A stretch of DNA of 64,000 bases. It comes from an uncultured Candidatus Saccharibacteria bacterium (GTDB lineage Bacteria; Patescibacteriota; Minisyncoccia; Phycocordibacterales; PALSA-1337). The stretch spans positions 14,037 through 78,036 of the forward strand of contig CAYOER010000001.1 in assembly GCA_964403205.1 (NCBI GenBank), read 5' to 3'. The position numbers and the translations under genes were made by a program. Below the pieces are notes generated by a model that saw nothing but the letters and a program-made list of their open reading frames with translations, was not told where the DNA came from and ran no database searches. Shown here one piece after another: positions 19,641-29,429 of the stretch; position 1 is the first letter of the stretch; the number at the start of each line of letters is the position of its first letter.

Positions 19641-19687
19641 TGGTTTTATATTGTTATATTTGATATATTATAGCATATGGAAATATT
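19641..19687 (+). repeat. copy B of the ~48-bp direct repeat, overlapping the rmuC start codon
   Basis: See copy A; a 25/25 identity core. Confidence 0.7.
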
Positions 19688-20729
19688 ACTCATAATACTA
19701 ATAGTACTTGTAATCATCGCTATCTTTACCATGTTTATGGTATTTTCTCGTAAATCAAAGCCAATAGAGAAAGACGATACTGGTTTCAAACTTATTCTAG
19801 AACAGATAAATGAGCTCAATAGAACAGTAGATAAGAAAATGGGTGAAAGTAATAAAGATATGAGTACGGCATTACATCGTCAATTCAGCGAATCACAGAA
19901 ATTGATTCGTGATATTACAGAGGAGGTGACTCAGGTAAAGGAAATAGGTAAGCAGAGTTTATCTATTACTGAACAATTGAGAGAATTGCAAGATATTCTA
20001 AAGAATCCTAAACAGAGAGGAATACTAGGTGAATATTATCTAGAGACTTTATTGAAAAATATCCTAGCACCTAATCAATATAAAATGCAATACGCCTTTA
20101 CAAATGGAGAAATAGTAGATGCAGTAGTCTTTGTAAAAGATAAAATAATACCGATTGATTCTAAATTCTCTTTAGAAAATTATAATAAATTAGTAGAAGA
20201 AAAAAATCCAATAGAAAAAGAGAAATTGGAGAAGAGCTTTGTCAATGATTTGAAAAATCGTATACAAGAAACAGCAAAATATATAAGACCTAGTGAGGGA
20301 ACAATGGAATTTGCCTTTATGTTTATTCCACATGAAGCAATATATTATGATCTTCTAATAAATAAAATCGGCGCAATAACCGAAGAAACAGATAATCTCA
20401 TACAGCGCGCGGCAGGGAAGTATAAAGTCATAATAGTATCTCCAACATCTTTTCTTGCATATTTACAGACAGTCTTACAAGGTTTGAAAGCAATGCAAAT
20501 AGAAGAAACAGCAAAGGATATAATAAAAAGGGTGGATGAACTTGGAACTCATCTTAAAAGATATGAAGAATACCATTCGAAGCTCGGTTCATCGCTCGGA
20601 ACTGTTATAAATCATTATAATAATTCTGGAAAAGAATTGAAGAAAGTAGATAGAGATATTCTACGTATAACAGGGGATTCTCCAGGACTAGATACGAAAA
20701 CTGTTGACCAGCCAGAAGAGATAGTGTAG
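19677..20729 (+). CDS. rmuC: DNA recombination protein RmuC
   Basis: An N-terminal TM helix, a long coiled coil, and a C-terminal RmuC nuclease-like region (TMEFAFMFIPHEAIYYDL). Confidence 0.75.
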   Translation: MEILLIILIVLVIIAIFTMFMVFSRKSKPIEKDDTGFKLILEQINELNRTVDKKMGESNKDMSTALHRQFSESQKLIRDITEEVTQVKEIGKQSLSITEQLRELQDILKNPKQRGILGEYYLETLLKNILAPNQYKMQYAFTNGEIVDAVVFVKDKIIPIDSKFSLENYNKLVEEKNPIEKEKLEKSFVNDLKNRIQETAKYIRPSEGTMEFAFMFIPHEAIYYDLLINKIGAITEETDNLIQRAAGKYKVIIVSPTSFLAYLQTVLQGLKAMQIEETAKDIIKRVDELGTHLKRYEEYHSKLGSSLGTVINHYNNSGKELKKVDRDILRITGDSPGLDTKTVDQPEEIV

Positions 20730-20741
20730 TATGTATTCACT

Positions 20742-21059
20742 ATGGAATTTGCAGTAATACAAACAGGTGGAAAGCAATACAAAGTCCAAACAGGGGATAA
20801 AGTAAAGATAGAGAAGCTTCCAGGAGACCATAAAGAAGGCGATAAAATCGTCTTTGATAAGGTTTTACTAGTAGACAATGGCACAGATACCACTATTGGT
20901 ACACCATTCATAGAGAAGGCAAAAGTTACTGCAATTATCACTAAAATCGGTACTTTACCAAAGGTAACCGTCATAAAGTACAAACAGAAGAGTCGTTATT
21001 TCAAGAAAAACGGTCATAAACAACCATATTTCGAGGTGAAGATTGAGGGGGTGAAGTAA
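20742..21059 (+). CDS. rplU: 50S ribosomal protein L21
   Basis: MEFAVIQTGGKQYKVQTGDKVKIEKL is the canonical bL21 N-terminus. Confidence 0.9.
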   Translation: MEFAVIQTGGKQYKVQTGDKVKIEKLPGDHKEGDKIVFDKVLLVDNGTDTTIGTPFIEKAKVTAIITKIGTLPKVTVIKYKQKSRYFKKNGHKQPYFEVKIEGVK

Positions 21060-21215
21060 TTTTAATACAAGAAATATTACTATTGACTTTTTAGTCATTC
21101 TGTAGTAGTGTATTAATCAGAGCTCGAACTAAACACTCGGGCAGAAAAATCAAAAATAATAAAATTAACAAGAGCTCATGATTCTTTCTGCCTAAAAAGC
21201 AGGAGGATAGTGAGT

Positions 21216-21488
21216 ATGAACAATCAGTGTCGGTATTGTCAGGTCGCCGTAGGCCAGAATCATACGCCTAACTGTCCTATAATGGATGTGAATCCGGAAT
21301 GGGCAAAGAAGGAATGGCAGACTGGCTATGATCGAGGTTTCAATGATGACTTCGCACCTCGTCGCTTCCTCTCTCACTATTCACCTCATTTCCAAAGGGG
21401 TTATCAGATGGGGAGTGACGAGATTGATAGATTGGTTGAGAATGCAGAGTCAGATCGTTACCACGGTATTGGCGAAAGAGAATACTAA
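21216..21488 (+). CDS. hypothetical small Cys-containing protein (90 aa) in a G+C-rich islet with a strong SD
   Basis: AGGAGG sits 9 nt upstream of the ATG. A CRYC...NC cysteine cluster. G+C is clearly above background. The gene is flanked by a leader inverted repeat and a terminator. Confidence 0.5.
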   Translation: MNNQCRYCQVAVGQNHTPNCPIMDVNPEWAKKEWQTGYDRGFNDDFAPRRFLSHYSPHFQRGYQMGSDEIDRLVENAESDRYHGIGEREY

Positions 21489-21546
21489 CACAGGGCAAAA
21501 CGCCCAGAAAGGAGGTTCTCATGACCTAGCAAAACAAAAAAACACA

Positions 21547-21575
21547 GGGGCACTTCGGTGCCTCTTTGATTTTAT
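21547..21575 (+). terminator. rho-independent terminator
   Basis: ggggcac-ttcg-gtgcctc followed by tttgattttat. Confidence 0.6.
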
Positions 21576-21584
21576 ATATTAATC

Positions 21585-22187
21585 CTAAACCCCCTCTCTA
21601 TTCTTCAACGCATTCTTTATAGTCTCACTATCAGAATATTCCAATTCACTTCCGGTAGATAGACCTTTCCCGAGCACTGATACTTTAATATTCTGATTAA
21701 TATCACTTATTATTTTCTTTAAAAAGACTATAGTATTTTCACCTTCAGCATTTACATTTAATGATAGGATTATCTCATTTAATTTATTCTTATTTATTCT
21801 TTCTTTTAATTCTTTCAATCTAATCTTTTTTTCTGGTCCTTTATCAAGAATGGGAATAATTCCTCCAAGAATAAAGTATAAACCATTATAAACTTTACTT
21901 TTTTCTATTGATTCAAAATCTACATCTCTGGAGACTATCATGAGTTGATCGGTTTTTCTATTTTTATCTGAACAAATAGGACATAGGGTAGATTTCCCAT
22001 CTGGGTAGAAACGGAAGCAAGATGAGCATATTCTTATACTTTTCTTAATATCCAATATTAATCTTGCGATATCTTCTAGATATGCGACATTCCTAGTCAA
22101 AAGGAAATATACGAAGCGTCTAGCTTGTCTCGGACCGATGCCGGGGAATTCGCGGAAGTATTCTGTTAATTTAGAAATCGGATCCAT
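21585..22187 (-). CDS. recR: recombination protein RecR
   Basis: HhH N-terminus (FPGIGPRQARRFVYFLL), a C4 zinc finger (CSSC...CPIC) and a Toprim region. Confidence 0.9.
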   Translation of the reverse strand: MDPISKLTEYFREFPGIGPRQARRFVYFLLTRNVAYLEDIARLILDIKKSIRICSSCFRFYPDGKSTLCPICSDKNRKTDQLMIVSRDVDFESIEKSKVYNGLYFILGGIIPILDKGPEKKIRLKELKERINKNKLNEIILSLNVNAEGENTIVFLKKIISDINQNIKVSVLGKGLSTGSELEYSDSETIKNALKNREGV

Positions 22188-24867
22188 TATTTCCTGTATT
22201 ATCTATACCCTTATCGAAATCTCCGAAATCACTTTTATCAACAGTGATAAATGTCGTTTTCTTCTCATCGAAGAATAATTCTACTGTACCAGTTGGACCA
22301 TTCCTATGTTTCTCTATCATTATTTTCGCAATATTCGGCTTCGCACTGTCTTTATTATATTTATCTTCTCTGTGTATGAACATTACAACATCTGCATCTT
22401 GCTCGATGCTATTATGTACAATGAAATCATTAGCAAGGAAATTATGATAATTAGGTACAGTAGCATCGAAGACCTCTTCTATACCATTTGATTTTATAGA
22501 TATTATCTCATCCCAATATATATCTGATTCTGCAATATGCAATAATACATCACTTGAAAGAGCAGTAGCGACTGTAGTTAGGCGTTCTCTAGATATACCT
22601 GTAGACATAAGAGCAGTGCCATTGTATGAGACTTTCATACCTTCCGAGAGATCTCTCCATGACATATCTGCCTTATCTTTCTCTGTTTCAATAAGTGATT
22701 TCCATATTTCTTTAGGAATAGTATCTGTATTTGGATTCGAAACTATATTATTTAATTTTTCTTTCAAATCATTTACTATTTTTCCTCTTTCACCGAAGGA
22801 TCCTATTAATTCTAGGAATTTGATTTGCACAGGAGCACTTTGTATATGTATTTGATATATTGGACGATATTTATTTTGTAAAACTTTTTTAATATTACTC
22901 CATATACCTAATTTCAATAGAAGATGTTGTACTCCTGAAGCAAGTTCTTCACTTGTGGATGCATAATATATAGAAGCACTAGGTTTTCTATCTTCTAGAA
23001 TTTTCCATGAAATATTACCATCTGTAGCCCATAGATGATGTAAAAATAGGCATATTTGTTGCTCACCAATCTCGAAAAATGAATTTGGAATTTTCTTTTC
23101 ATATGATCTTACAGGTTTTATACCTAATCTTTCAAACCAGATTGTTATTGGATGCTTTTTACCTCTTGCTAATCTATATGGAGAAGGAAGATATATATGC
23201 CACCAATTTTCTTGTTTTATCCTACGAGCTTCTATTCTAAATAATGATTTTGCTGTTTCTTCTACTATTGCTAGATTCTCTTTATCTGCACTTGTATAAT
23301 GAATCGGTTGTTTTGGTAATACACAACCATCACCGAGAAGATGTGCTAGTAATATAATTTCATTATTATCTATTTTCTTTACTTTTTCTGTTTCAGGTAT
23401 AAAGCGAGGTAATGCTATTCTCATCTCTCCCTTCAATTCGTCTAGTCTTTTCCATCCTGATAGTGTGAAAAATTTATGATTTGAGGAGGCTTTTATTATC
23501 CTTCCACTTCTCGTCTGCATAGAGAATATTTCTTTTTTACCGCTTGGAAATATCTTTGTTGCTAGGGTATTTATAATTTTATACTTTTCATCAATTGCGA
23601 ATACTGGTACATTTTCATGTCCTACTAAATCTTTTATACAGATTCTTTCACCGGTATCTGCTCTTATTATTTTTGTATCACCAGTAAGACATCCAGAATC
23701 GCGTAAATCAGACAATCTCGGCTCACCACCTCTCTGCTCTACTGCACGGGAAAGCTGGGAAAGAGCGAGTACAGGAACTTCTAGCTCTCTTGCCATTTGT
23801 TTCAATGATCTAGAGATTTCTGTAACCTGTTGAACCATATTGTCACTATGGCGTGCCTGTGTAGGCACCATGAGCTGTAGATAGTCTACGACTATTAGCC
23901 CGAGTCCTTTTTCACTTTTCAATCTTCTAGCAACTGCACGCATTTTCAAAATATTATTTGCTGGCTGATCATCTATATATATCGGTGCATTGGAAAGTCT
24001 ATCCATAGCATCACGAATAGCTTTGAAATCATGATCAATAGATAGATTATGTCCTGTTCTTAATTTCCATGCATCAACCTGAGACTCTGCGGCGAGCATC
24101 CTATCTACTAGCTGTTGCGAGCTCATTTCAAGAGAAAATATACCAACAGGAATATTGTGATCTATTGCAGTTTTCCTAGCAATATCTAGCGCTAGGGAAG
24201 TCTTACCCATAGAAGGTCTAGCTGCGAGAATAATTAAGTCGGATTTTTGTAATCCTGCAAGTTTATTATCTAATCCAGAGAAGCCAGTAGGGATACCACG
24301 TAGTTCACCCTTTGTATTATGAAGTCTATCAATTCTCTCCCATGCTTCAGAAAGAGTGTCCTTCAAAGCTATGAATTTATGTGTACCGGTAAAATTGGTA
24401 ACTTCGAATATTTTCTTTTCTGCTTTATCTAGTAGCTCATCTAGTTCTCCCGCTTCATCGAAACCGAGCTCGCCGACATATTCTGATGCATTGATCAGAT
24501 CTCGCATAATATGTTTTTTCTGTACTATTTCTGCATAGTACTTTGCATTCGTAGAAGAGGGAACACCATTTACAAGTTCAGAAAGATAGCTCATCTCTCC
24601 TGCTTGTTCTAATATATCTTTTTCTTTTAATCTCGATGATAAAGATAGAAGATCAATAGGTGTGCCTTTATTATGTAATTCCATCATAGTCGCCCAGATC
24701 AGCTTATGCCTATCAGAATAGAAAGATCTATCAAATATAATATCAGTAATATCGTGCATCACTTCTGGGCGAATCATAATAGATCCGAGAAGTGCTTTCT
24801 CTGCCTCGATACTCTGCGGAGGAATGCGTAAATCTTTTGCTTTGAAATATGGTGAAGTCGAGCTCAT
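22171..24867 (-). CDS. dnaB: replicative DNA helicase DnaB interrupted by a 427-aa intein (898-aa precursor)
   Basis: DnaB N-domain (IEAEKALLGSIM); Walker A ARPSMGKTSLALDIA; the RecA-like core resumes after the intein with SIEQDADVVMFIHRED. Confidence 0.9.
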   Translation of the reverse strand: MSSTSPYFKAKDLRIPPQSIEAEKALLGSIMIRPEVMHDITDIIFDRSFYSDRHKLIWATMMELHNKGTPIDLLSLSSRLKEKDILEQAGEMSYLSELVNGVPSSTNAKYYAEIVQKKHIMRDLINASEYVGELGFDEAGELDELLDKAEKKIFEVTNFTGTHKFIALKDTLSEAWERIDRLHNTKGELRGIPTGFSGLDNKLAGLQKSDLIILAARPSMGKTSLALDIARKTAIDHNIPVGIFSLEMSSQQLVDRMLAAESQVDAWKLRTGHNLSIDHDFKAIRDAMDRLSNAPIYIDDQPANNILKMRAVARRLKSEKGLGLIVVDYLQLMVPTQARHSDNMVQQVTEISRSLKQMARELEVPVLALSQLSRAVEQRGGEPRLSDLRDSGCLTGDTKIIRADTGERICIKDLVGHENVPVFAIDEKYKIINTLATKIFPSGKKEIFSMQTRSGRIIKASSNHKFFTLSGWKRLDELKGEMRIALPRFIPETEKVKKIDNNEIILLAHLLGDGCVLPKQPIHYTSADKENLAIVEETAKSLFRIEARRIKQENWWHIYLPSPYRLARGKKHPITIWFERLGIKPVRSYEKKIPNSFFEIGEQQICLFLHHLWATDGNISWKILEDRKPSASIYYASTSEELASGVQHLLLKLGIWSNIKKVLQNKYRPIYQIHIQSAPVQIKFLELIGSFGERGKIVNDLKEKLNNIVSNPNTDTIPKEIWKSLIETEKDKADMSWRDLSEGMKVSYNGTALMSTGISRERLTTVATALSSDVLLHIAESDIYWDEIISIKSNGIEEVFDATVPNYHNFLANDFIVHNSIEQDADVVMFIHREDKYNKDSAKPNIAKIMIEKHRNGPTGTVELFFDEKKTTFITVDKSDFGDFDKGIDNTGNNGSDF
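22411..23691 (-). mobile_element. DnaB intein with a LAGLIDADG homing-endonuclease domain
   Basis: Begins with Cys (LRDSG|CLTGDTKI) and ends with His-Asn before the Ser+1 extein residue (FIVHN|SIEQDAD). Two LAGLIDADG-type motifs (LLAHLLGDGCV and LFLHHLWATDGNIS). The insertion follows the conserved RDSG of DnaB. Confidence 0.85.
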
Positions 24868-24961
24868 TTGCCCATTATATTTTATATGTAATCTTTTTGC
24901 TATATAGAAAGTTAATAAGATGTGGGTAAAATGGGGATATTGCTTTTATATTGTATTTACT

Positions 24962-26359
24962 CTATTTCTTTATTATTTCTGCACCATTCTCTCCATCTTT
25001 TACTATATATCCTCTATTTTCAATCTCTTTTCTTAATGCATCTGACTTTTCCCATTCTTTATTTTTTCTTGCTTCTTCGCGCACTTCTACTAGGGCCATA
25101 ATCTCTTCTGGTATATCTGTTTTTATTTCTGATAATTCTTTTAAATCAAGACCAAACACTTTATCAAAATCATTTATCAAATCTAATTTATCTTTATTTT
25201 CTATACTAGTATCTTTTATTAGATTCCATGTGAGAGCTAATGCTTCTGGCATATTGAAATCATCTGAAATTATCTTTTCAAACTCTTTTTTATAATCGAC
25301 TTTTTCATGATCTTCTCCATGATCTCCATGATGGTGATGATGTGTACTATCTTTATCTAAAGAAGTATTACCAAGGTCAATATAAGCCTCTAGAAGGCGT
25401 AGAAAGGCAGTCTGGGATGCCTGTAATGCTTCGAAAGTAAAATTTACTGGGGATCGATAATGTGAAGTCAATAACCAATATCGGAAAGCGAGAGGACTTA
25501 TGCCAGCATCTTTTATATCTTGTATTTTATAGAAATTACCCTTGGATTTTGCCATCTTTTCTCCACTAATATTTATGAAAGCCCCATGTATCCAATATCT
25601 AACAAAAAGTTTACCAGTACTTGCTTCACTCTGCGCTATTTCATTCGTATGATGAGGGAAAAGAAGATCAATACCACCAGTATGAATATCTATAGTTTCT
25701 CCAAGAGAAGCCTTTGACATTGCAGAACACTCTATATGCCAGCCAGGACGTCCCTTGCCAAATGGTGCCTCATAGTATATATCTCCATCATCTTCTGTAT
25801 GGAATTTCCAAAGAGAAAAGTCTCTGGGATTATCTTTATCATAATTATCATTTATAATTCTCTCTTTAACTTCATTATCTAGTTTTATATTCGCCATTTT
25901 CCCATAATCAGGGAATTTCTCAATACTGAAATACACACCGTCTTTTGTCTTATATGCTATACCCTTATCTAGAAGGGTAGAGATTATCTCTATCATCTCT
26001 TTTATATATACTCTAGCATTTAATATTTTCTTTGGTTTCAAAATATGCAGAGATTCTAGATCTTCTATAAAAAGATTTTCATAATATTTTGTTAATTCTT
26101 CCAAACTTTTATTTTCTTCTATACTTCTTTTTATAGTCTTATCATCTATATCAGTAATATTCATGACTTGATCTACATCGTATTGGAAATATCCGAAAAC
26201 TCTACGGATAATATCATCCATAATAAATGTTCGGAAATTGCCGATATGTGCGGTATCCCAGACTGTCGGACCACAATTATATATACCAACCTTACCTTTT
26301 TTTAAAGGTTTAAATTCTTCTTTTTTACCAGTTAGGGTATTGTATAGTGTTATAACCAT
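24962..26359 (-). CDS. cysS: cysteinyl-tRNA synthetase
   Basis: HIGH (CGPTVWDTAHIGNFRT) and KMSKS (KMAKSKGN). The start is set at MVITLYNTLTGKKEEF by alignment to canonical CysRS N-termini. Confidence 0.9.
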   Translation of the reverse strand: MVITLYNTLTGKKEEFKPLKKGKVGIYNCGPTVWDTAHIGNFRTFIMDDIIRRVFGYFQYDVDQVMNITDIDDKTIKRSIEENKSLEELTKYYENLFIEDLESLHILKPKKILNARVYIKEMIEIISTLLDKGIAYKTKDGVYFSIEKFPDYGKMANIKLDNEVKERIINDNYDKDNPRDFSLWKFHTEDDGDIYYEAPFGKGRPGWHIECSAMSKASLGETIDIHTGGIDLLFPHHTNEIAQSEASTGKLFVRYWIHGAFINISGEKMAKSKGNFYKIQDIKDAGISPLAFRYWLLTSHYRSPVNFTFEALQASQTAFLRLLEAYIDLGNTSLDKDSTHHHHHGDHGEDHEKVDYKKEFEKIISDDFNMPEALALTWNLIKDTSIENKDKLDLINDFDKVFGLDLKELSEIKTDIPEEIMALVEVREEARKNKEWEKSDALRKEIENRGYIVKDGENGAEIIKK

Positions 26360-27297
26360 TCTTTTTTCTTGAAATAGGTAAACATAGCAATAGCTAATAC
26401 TATCACTGTTCCAGTTAATATTTCCCAATCATAAGCTAAACCAATAATCGGTGTATGTGAAGTTGGTAAAGAGAAAATGTCTAAAAGTAAAGCAAGAGGG
26501 AAAGTAACAAAAGCTAAAATAGAAAATAATCTCAAACTATCATTTTGTTTTGTAGATAATAAAGAATCATTTGTTTCGCGAAGATCTGAAAGTAGCTCTT
26601 TATTGGAGATAATAAGATTATGTATTGATGAATATGAATGTTTAAGATCATCTACAAAATAATTAAAATCTTTATCAAAAAAGTCTTTTGGAATCTCTGA
26701 TAATGATTCTATTATTTCTTTATGTAAATGTGTGATTTGTTTAAAATCTATTAATTCTCTTGAGATAAGTGATAGATTCTCTACCATTTTCCTTTCATGA
26801 CCATTGAATATATGCTTTTCTGATTCTATTAAAGAGTCTTTTATATTCTCTAAATTATTTATCATATATTCATATAATCTCTTCATAATATAGAAAAATA
26901 TAATACCAGCATGATTGCCAATACCTTTTTTATCTAGTATGGAATTTGTTTCAAATATTTTAGAAAAACCATGAAGTGGTTCTATTATTTCATCATGTGA
27001 AGTTATTATAAAGTCTTTACCAATCACAAAATCTATTTCCTTACTTTTTACAATTCTCTTTTTATTTACACTTTCATGTATAGGAATATGTAATGCTAGA
27101 AATATATAATTATCGTAGATTTCTATCTTTGGTTTCCTGGTTGGGGAAAACAATTCTTCACCAATAAGCGGATGCAAACTGTATTCATTAATAAGAGAAG
27201 ATAGCTCATCTTTCGTTGGAGAAGAGGCATCTATCCAAGAAAGATTTTTATATTTATTGATATTTACCATGGTTATAGTATATAATACTTCAATCAT
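26350..27297 (-). CDS. CorA-like divalent cation transporter homologue with a non-canonical pore motif
   Basis: ~315 aa with two C-terminal TM helices and a terminal KKKEWL, as in CorA. SLP (DIFSLPTSH) occupies the position where GMN is expected. Confidence 0.5.
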   Translation of the reverse strand: MIEVLYTITMVNINKYKNLSWIDASSPTKDELSSLINEYSLHPLIGEELFSPTRKPKIEIYDNYIFLALHIPIHESVNKKRIVKSKEIDFVIGKDFIITSHDEIIEPLHGFSKIFETNSILDKKGIGNHAGIIFFYIMKRLYEYMINNLENIKDSLIESEKHIFNGHERKMVENLSLISRELIDFKQITHLHKEIIESLSEIPKDFFDKDFNYFVDDLKHSYSSIHNLIISNKELLSDLRETNDSLLSTKQNDSLRLFSILAFVTFPLALLLDIFSLPTSHTPIIGLAYDWEILTGTVIVLAIAMFTYFKKKEWL

Positions 27298-28557
27298 ATG
27301 GACAAAGAATCACAAAAGACAACAGTTCGCATAATAGTCGGACTCATAGTCGTTTTCATAATATTTTCTATCGGTAGATACACCGGTGAAAGATCAAATA
27401 ATATTTCTTCTAGAGATGTACCAATACCAGAAGGTGTAAATGTTACGGATAAACAATTCGAACCATTCTGGAAAGTCTGGAATATTTTGAGTCAAAAGTA
27501 TGTATCTGCTACGACTACAGATACAGATAAGAGAATCTGGGGTGCTATAGAGGGTCTAGCATCATCTCAGGGTGATCCTTATACAGTATTTTTTCCACCA
27601 GAAGAGTCAAAGATGTTCAAGAGCGATATTTCCGGTAATTTCGAAGGTGTTGGAATGGAAATCGGTATAAAAGATAATATGCTAATTATTGTGGCTCCAC
27701 TCAAGAATAGCCCGGCAGAGAAGGCAGGACTCCGATCAGGAGATAAAATAATAATGATAGATGATAAAAGCACCATAGATCTCCCTACAGATAAAGCCGT
27801 GAAGCTTATACGCGGTCCAAAGGGTAGTAAAGTAAAGATAACTGTTCTAAGAGATGGTTCTACTACTCCTATAGAAAAAACTATAATAAGAGATATTATA
27901 GATATACCTACAATACAAACAGAGATGAAGAGTAATGATAGCGGAATCGTATCAGAAGATAAAAGTGTAGGTCTAAGAAATGATGGAATATTCATAATTA
28001 AACTTTTTAGTTTTACTGCACAGTCCCCAGATCTATTTAGAAAAGCTCTGAGAGAATTCGTAGAATCAGGATCGAATAAACTTATTTTAGATCTACGTGG
28101 TAATCCAGGTGGGTATCTGGATGCTGCATGGGATATGGCATCATGGTTCCTGCCTCCTGGGAAAGTCATAGTTACAGAAGATTTTGGAGGTAAAAGAGAG
28201 AATATAGTTTATAAGAGTAAAGGTTATAATATTTTCACTAAAGATTTGAAATTTGTAATACTAGTGGATTCTGGTTCTGCATCCGCATCAGAGATACTCG
28301 CTGGAGCGCTACGAGAACATGGTGTAGCAACTCTTATAGGAGGGAAGACCTTTGGTAAAGGTTCAGTACAGGAGCTTATAGAGATTACTGGTGATACATC
28401 TCTCAAGGTCACCATTGCACGTTGGCTCACTCCGAAAGGTCACAATCTTTCCAATGATGGTCTCGTACCAGATATAGAGGTAAAACCAACAGCGAAAGAT
28501 ATAGAAATAAAGAAAGATGTAATTATGGACAAAGCAGTTGAATTTCTTAAAAAATAG
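27298..28557 (+). CDS. ctpA: carboxyl-terminal processing protease (S41 family) with a PDZ domain
   Basis: PDZ region (GLRSGDKIIMIDD) and the S41 motif LDLRGNPGGYLDAA, with the Ser in DSGSASASEI. Confidence 0.85.
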   Translation: MDKESQKTTVRIIVGLIVVFIIFSIGRYTGERSNNISSRDVPIPEGVNVTDKQFEPFWKVWNILSQKYVSATTTDTDKRIWGAIEGLASSQGDPYTVFFPPEESKMFKSDISGNFEGVGMEIGIKDNMLIIVAPLKNSPAEKAGLRSGDKIIMIDDKSTIDLPTDKAVKLIRGPKGSKVKITVLRDGSTTPIEKTIIRDIIDIPTIQTEMKSNDSGIVSEDKSVGLRNDGIFIIKLFSFTAQSPDLFRKALREFVESGSNKLILDLRGNPGGYLDAAWDMASWFLPPGKVIVTEDFGGKRENIVYKSKGYNIFTKDLKFVILVDSGSASASEILAGALREHGVATLIGGKTFGKGSVQELIEITGDTSLKVTIARWLTPKGHNLSNDGLVPDIEVKPTAKDIEIKKDVIMDKAVEFLKK

Positions 28558-28572
28558 TTTAATATAGAAAAT

Positions 28573-29019
28573 ATGAAAATAATATTATTGAAAGATACAG
28601 CAAAAATAGGTAAGAAATACGATATAAAGGATGTTGCAGAAGGATATGCGTTAAATCTACTCATACCCAATAAGCTAGCAATAGTCGCTACAAAAGACGC
28701 CATAAAGCGCATGGAGATAGAGAAGGCAAGAGAAGAAGGGGAAAAGAAAGTACATGAAGATTTAATATTAAAGAATATTGATGGATTAAAGAACACCCCT
28801 CTTATTATATCTGCAAAGACAAATGATAAAGGCCATCTTTTTGCTGGTCTTCATAGAGAAGATCTAGCAAAAGAAATAGAAAGACAGACGAAATTATCTA
28901 TTGATCCAACTTTTATAAAATTGGACAATCCTATTAAAGAAATAGGGGATTATAATATAGAGATAAATGCAATAGGGAAGAGTGTGAAGTTTAAACTATC
29001 TGTACAATCTTCTTCCTAA
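28573..29019 (+). CDS. rplI: 50S ribosomal protein L9
   Basis: [32 protein letters not shown]. Confidence 0.9.
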   Translation: MKIILLKDTAKIGKKYDIKDVAEGYALNLLIPNKLAIVATKDAIKRMEIEKAREEGEKKVHEDLILKNIDGLKNTPLIISAKTNDKGHLFAGLHREDLAKEIERQTKLSIDPTFIKLDNPIKEIGDYNIEINAIGKSVKFKLSVQSSS

Positions 29020-29260
29020 GAATAGAATTGTCAAAATGTACTTTTCTTTTTGTGCGGAATTCTACCTTACCTTCCTTCAATGCAAATAGTGTATGATCTT
29101 TACCTATTCCTATATTTCTTCCTGGTAATACATCTGTACCCCTCTGGCGTACTATGATATCGCCAATTTTTGCTGTACCACCATTATTTACCTTTATTCC
29201 AAGGTATTTTGGGCTGGAATCTCGGCCGTTTTTAGTTGTTCCTCCTGATTTCTTTGTTGC
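28991..29260 (-). CDS. rpmA: 50S ribosomal protein L27
   Basis: [25 protein letters not shown]...[10 protein letters not shown]. The start is moved to the conserved MATKK, so the track ORF is 5'-extended. Confidence 0.9.
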   Translation of the reverse strand, partial: ATKKSGGTTKNGRDSSPKYLGIKVNNGGTAKIGDIIVRQRGTDVLPGRNIGIGKDHTLFALKEGKVEFRTKRKVHFDNSILRKKIVQIV

Positions 29261-29346
29261 CATATTGAAGAATAGTATATAACAAAGCCCTAAAAAATGC
29301 AAATATATGCCTGTAAATAGGGCTAAATTAGGACACATTTACCCAT

Positions 29347-29375
29347 TGACAGCAACTATTTAGTATGCTAATATT
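29347..29375 (+). promoter_or_regulatory. sigma70-like promoter for the transglycosylase gene
   Basis: TTGACA-17 nt-TAATAT about 55 nt upstream of the ATG at 29430. Confidence 0.4.
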
Positions 29376-29429
29376 ATAGGGTAGTGAGGTATAAAAAGGT
29401 CATTCTTTGAATACCTCATTTTCAATTAT

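Noticed and set aside
22244-24538. Plus-strand ORFs antisense to dnaB (22244-22447, 22306-22491, 22616-22855, 24356-24538)
   Set aside because: They are embedded in the DnaB/intein coding region on the opposite strand, with Ser/Ile/Phe-rich low-complexity translations.
26360-26428. Longer cysS start at 26428 (MGNINWNSDSISY...)
   Set aside because: Alignment to canonical CysRS places Met1 at MVITLYNTLTG; the extension would overlap 79 nt of the upstream CorA-like gene.
27579-28796. Minus-strand ORFs antisense to ctpA/rplI (27579-28169, 28224-28430, 28440-28796)
   Set aside because: They are antisense to well-supported genes, with low-complexity translations.
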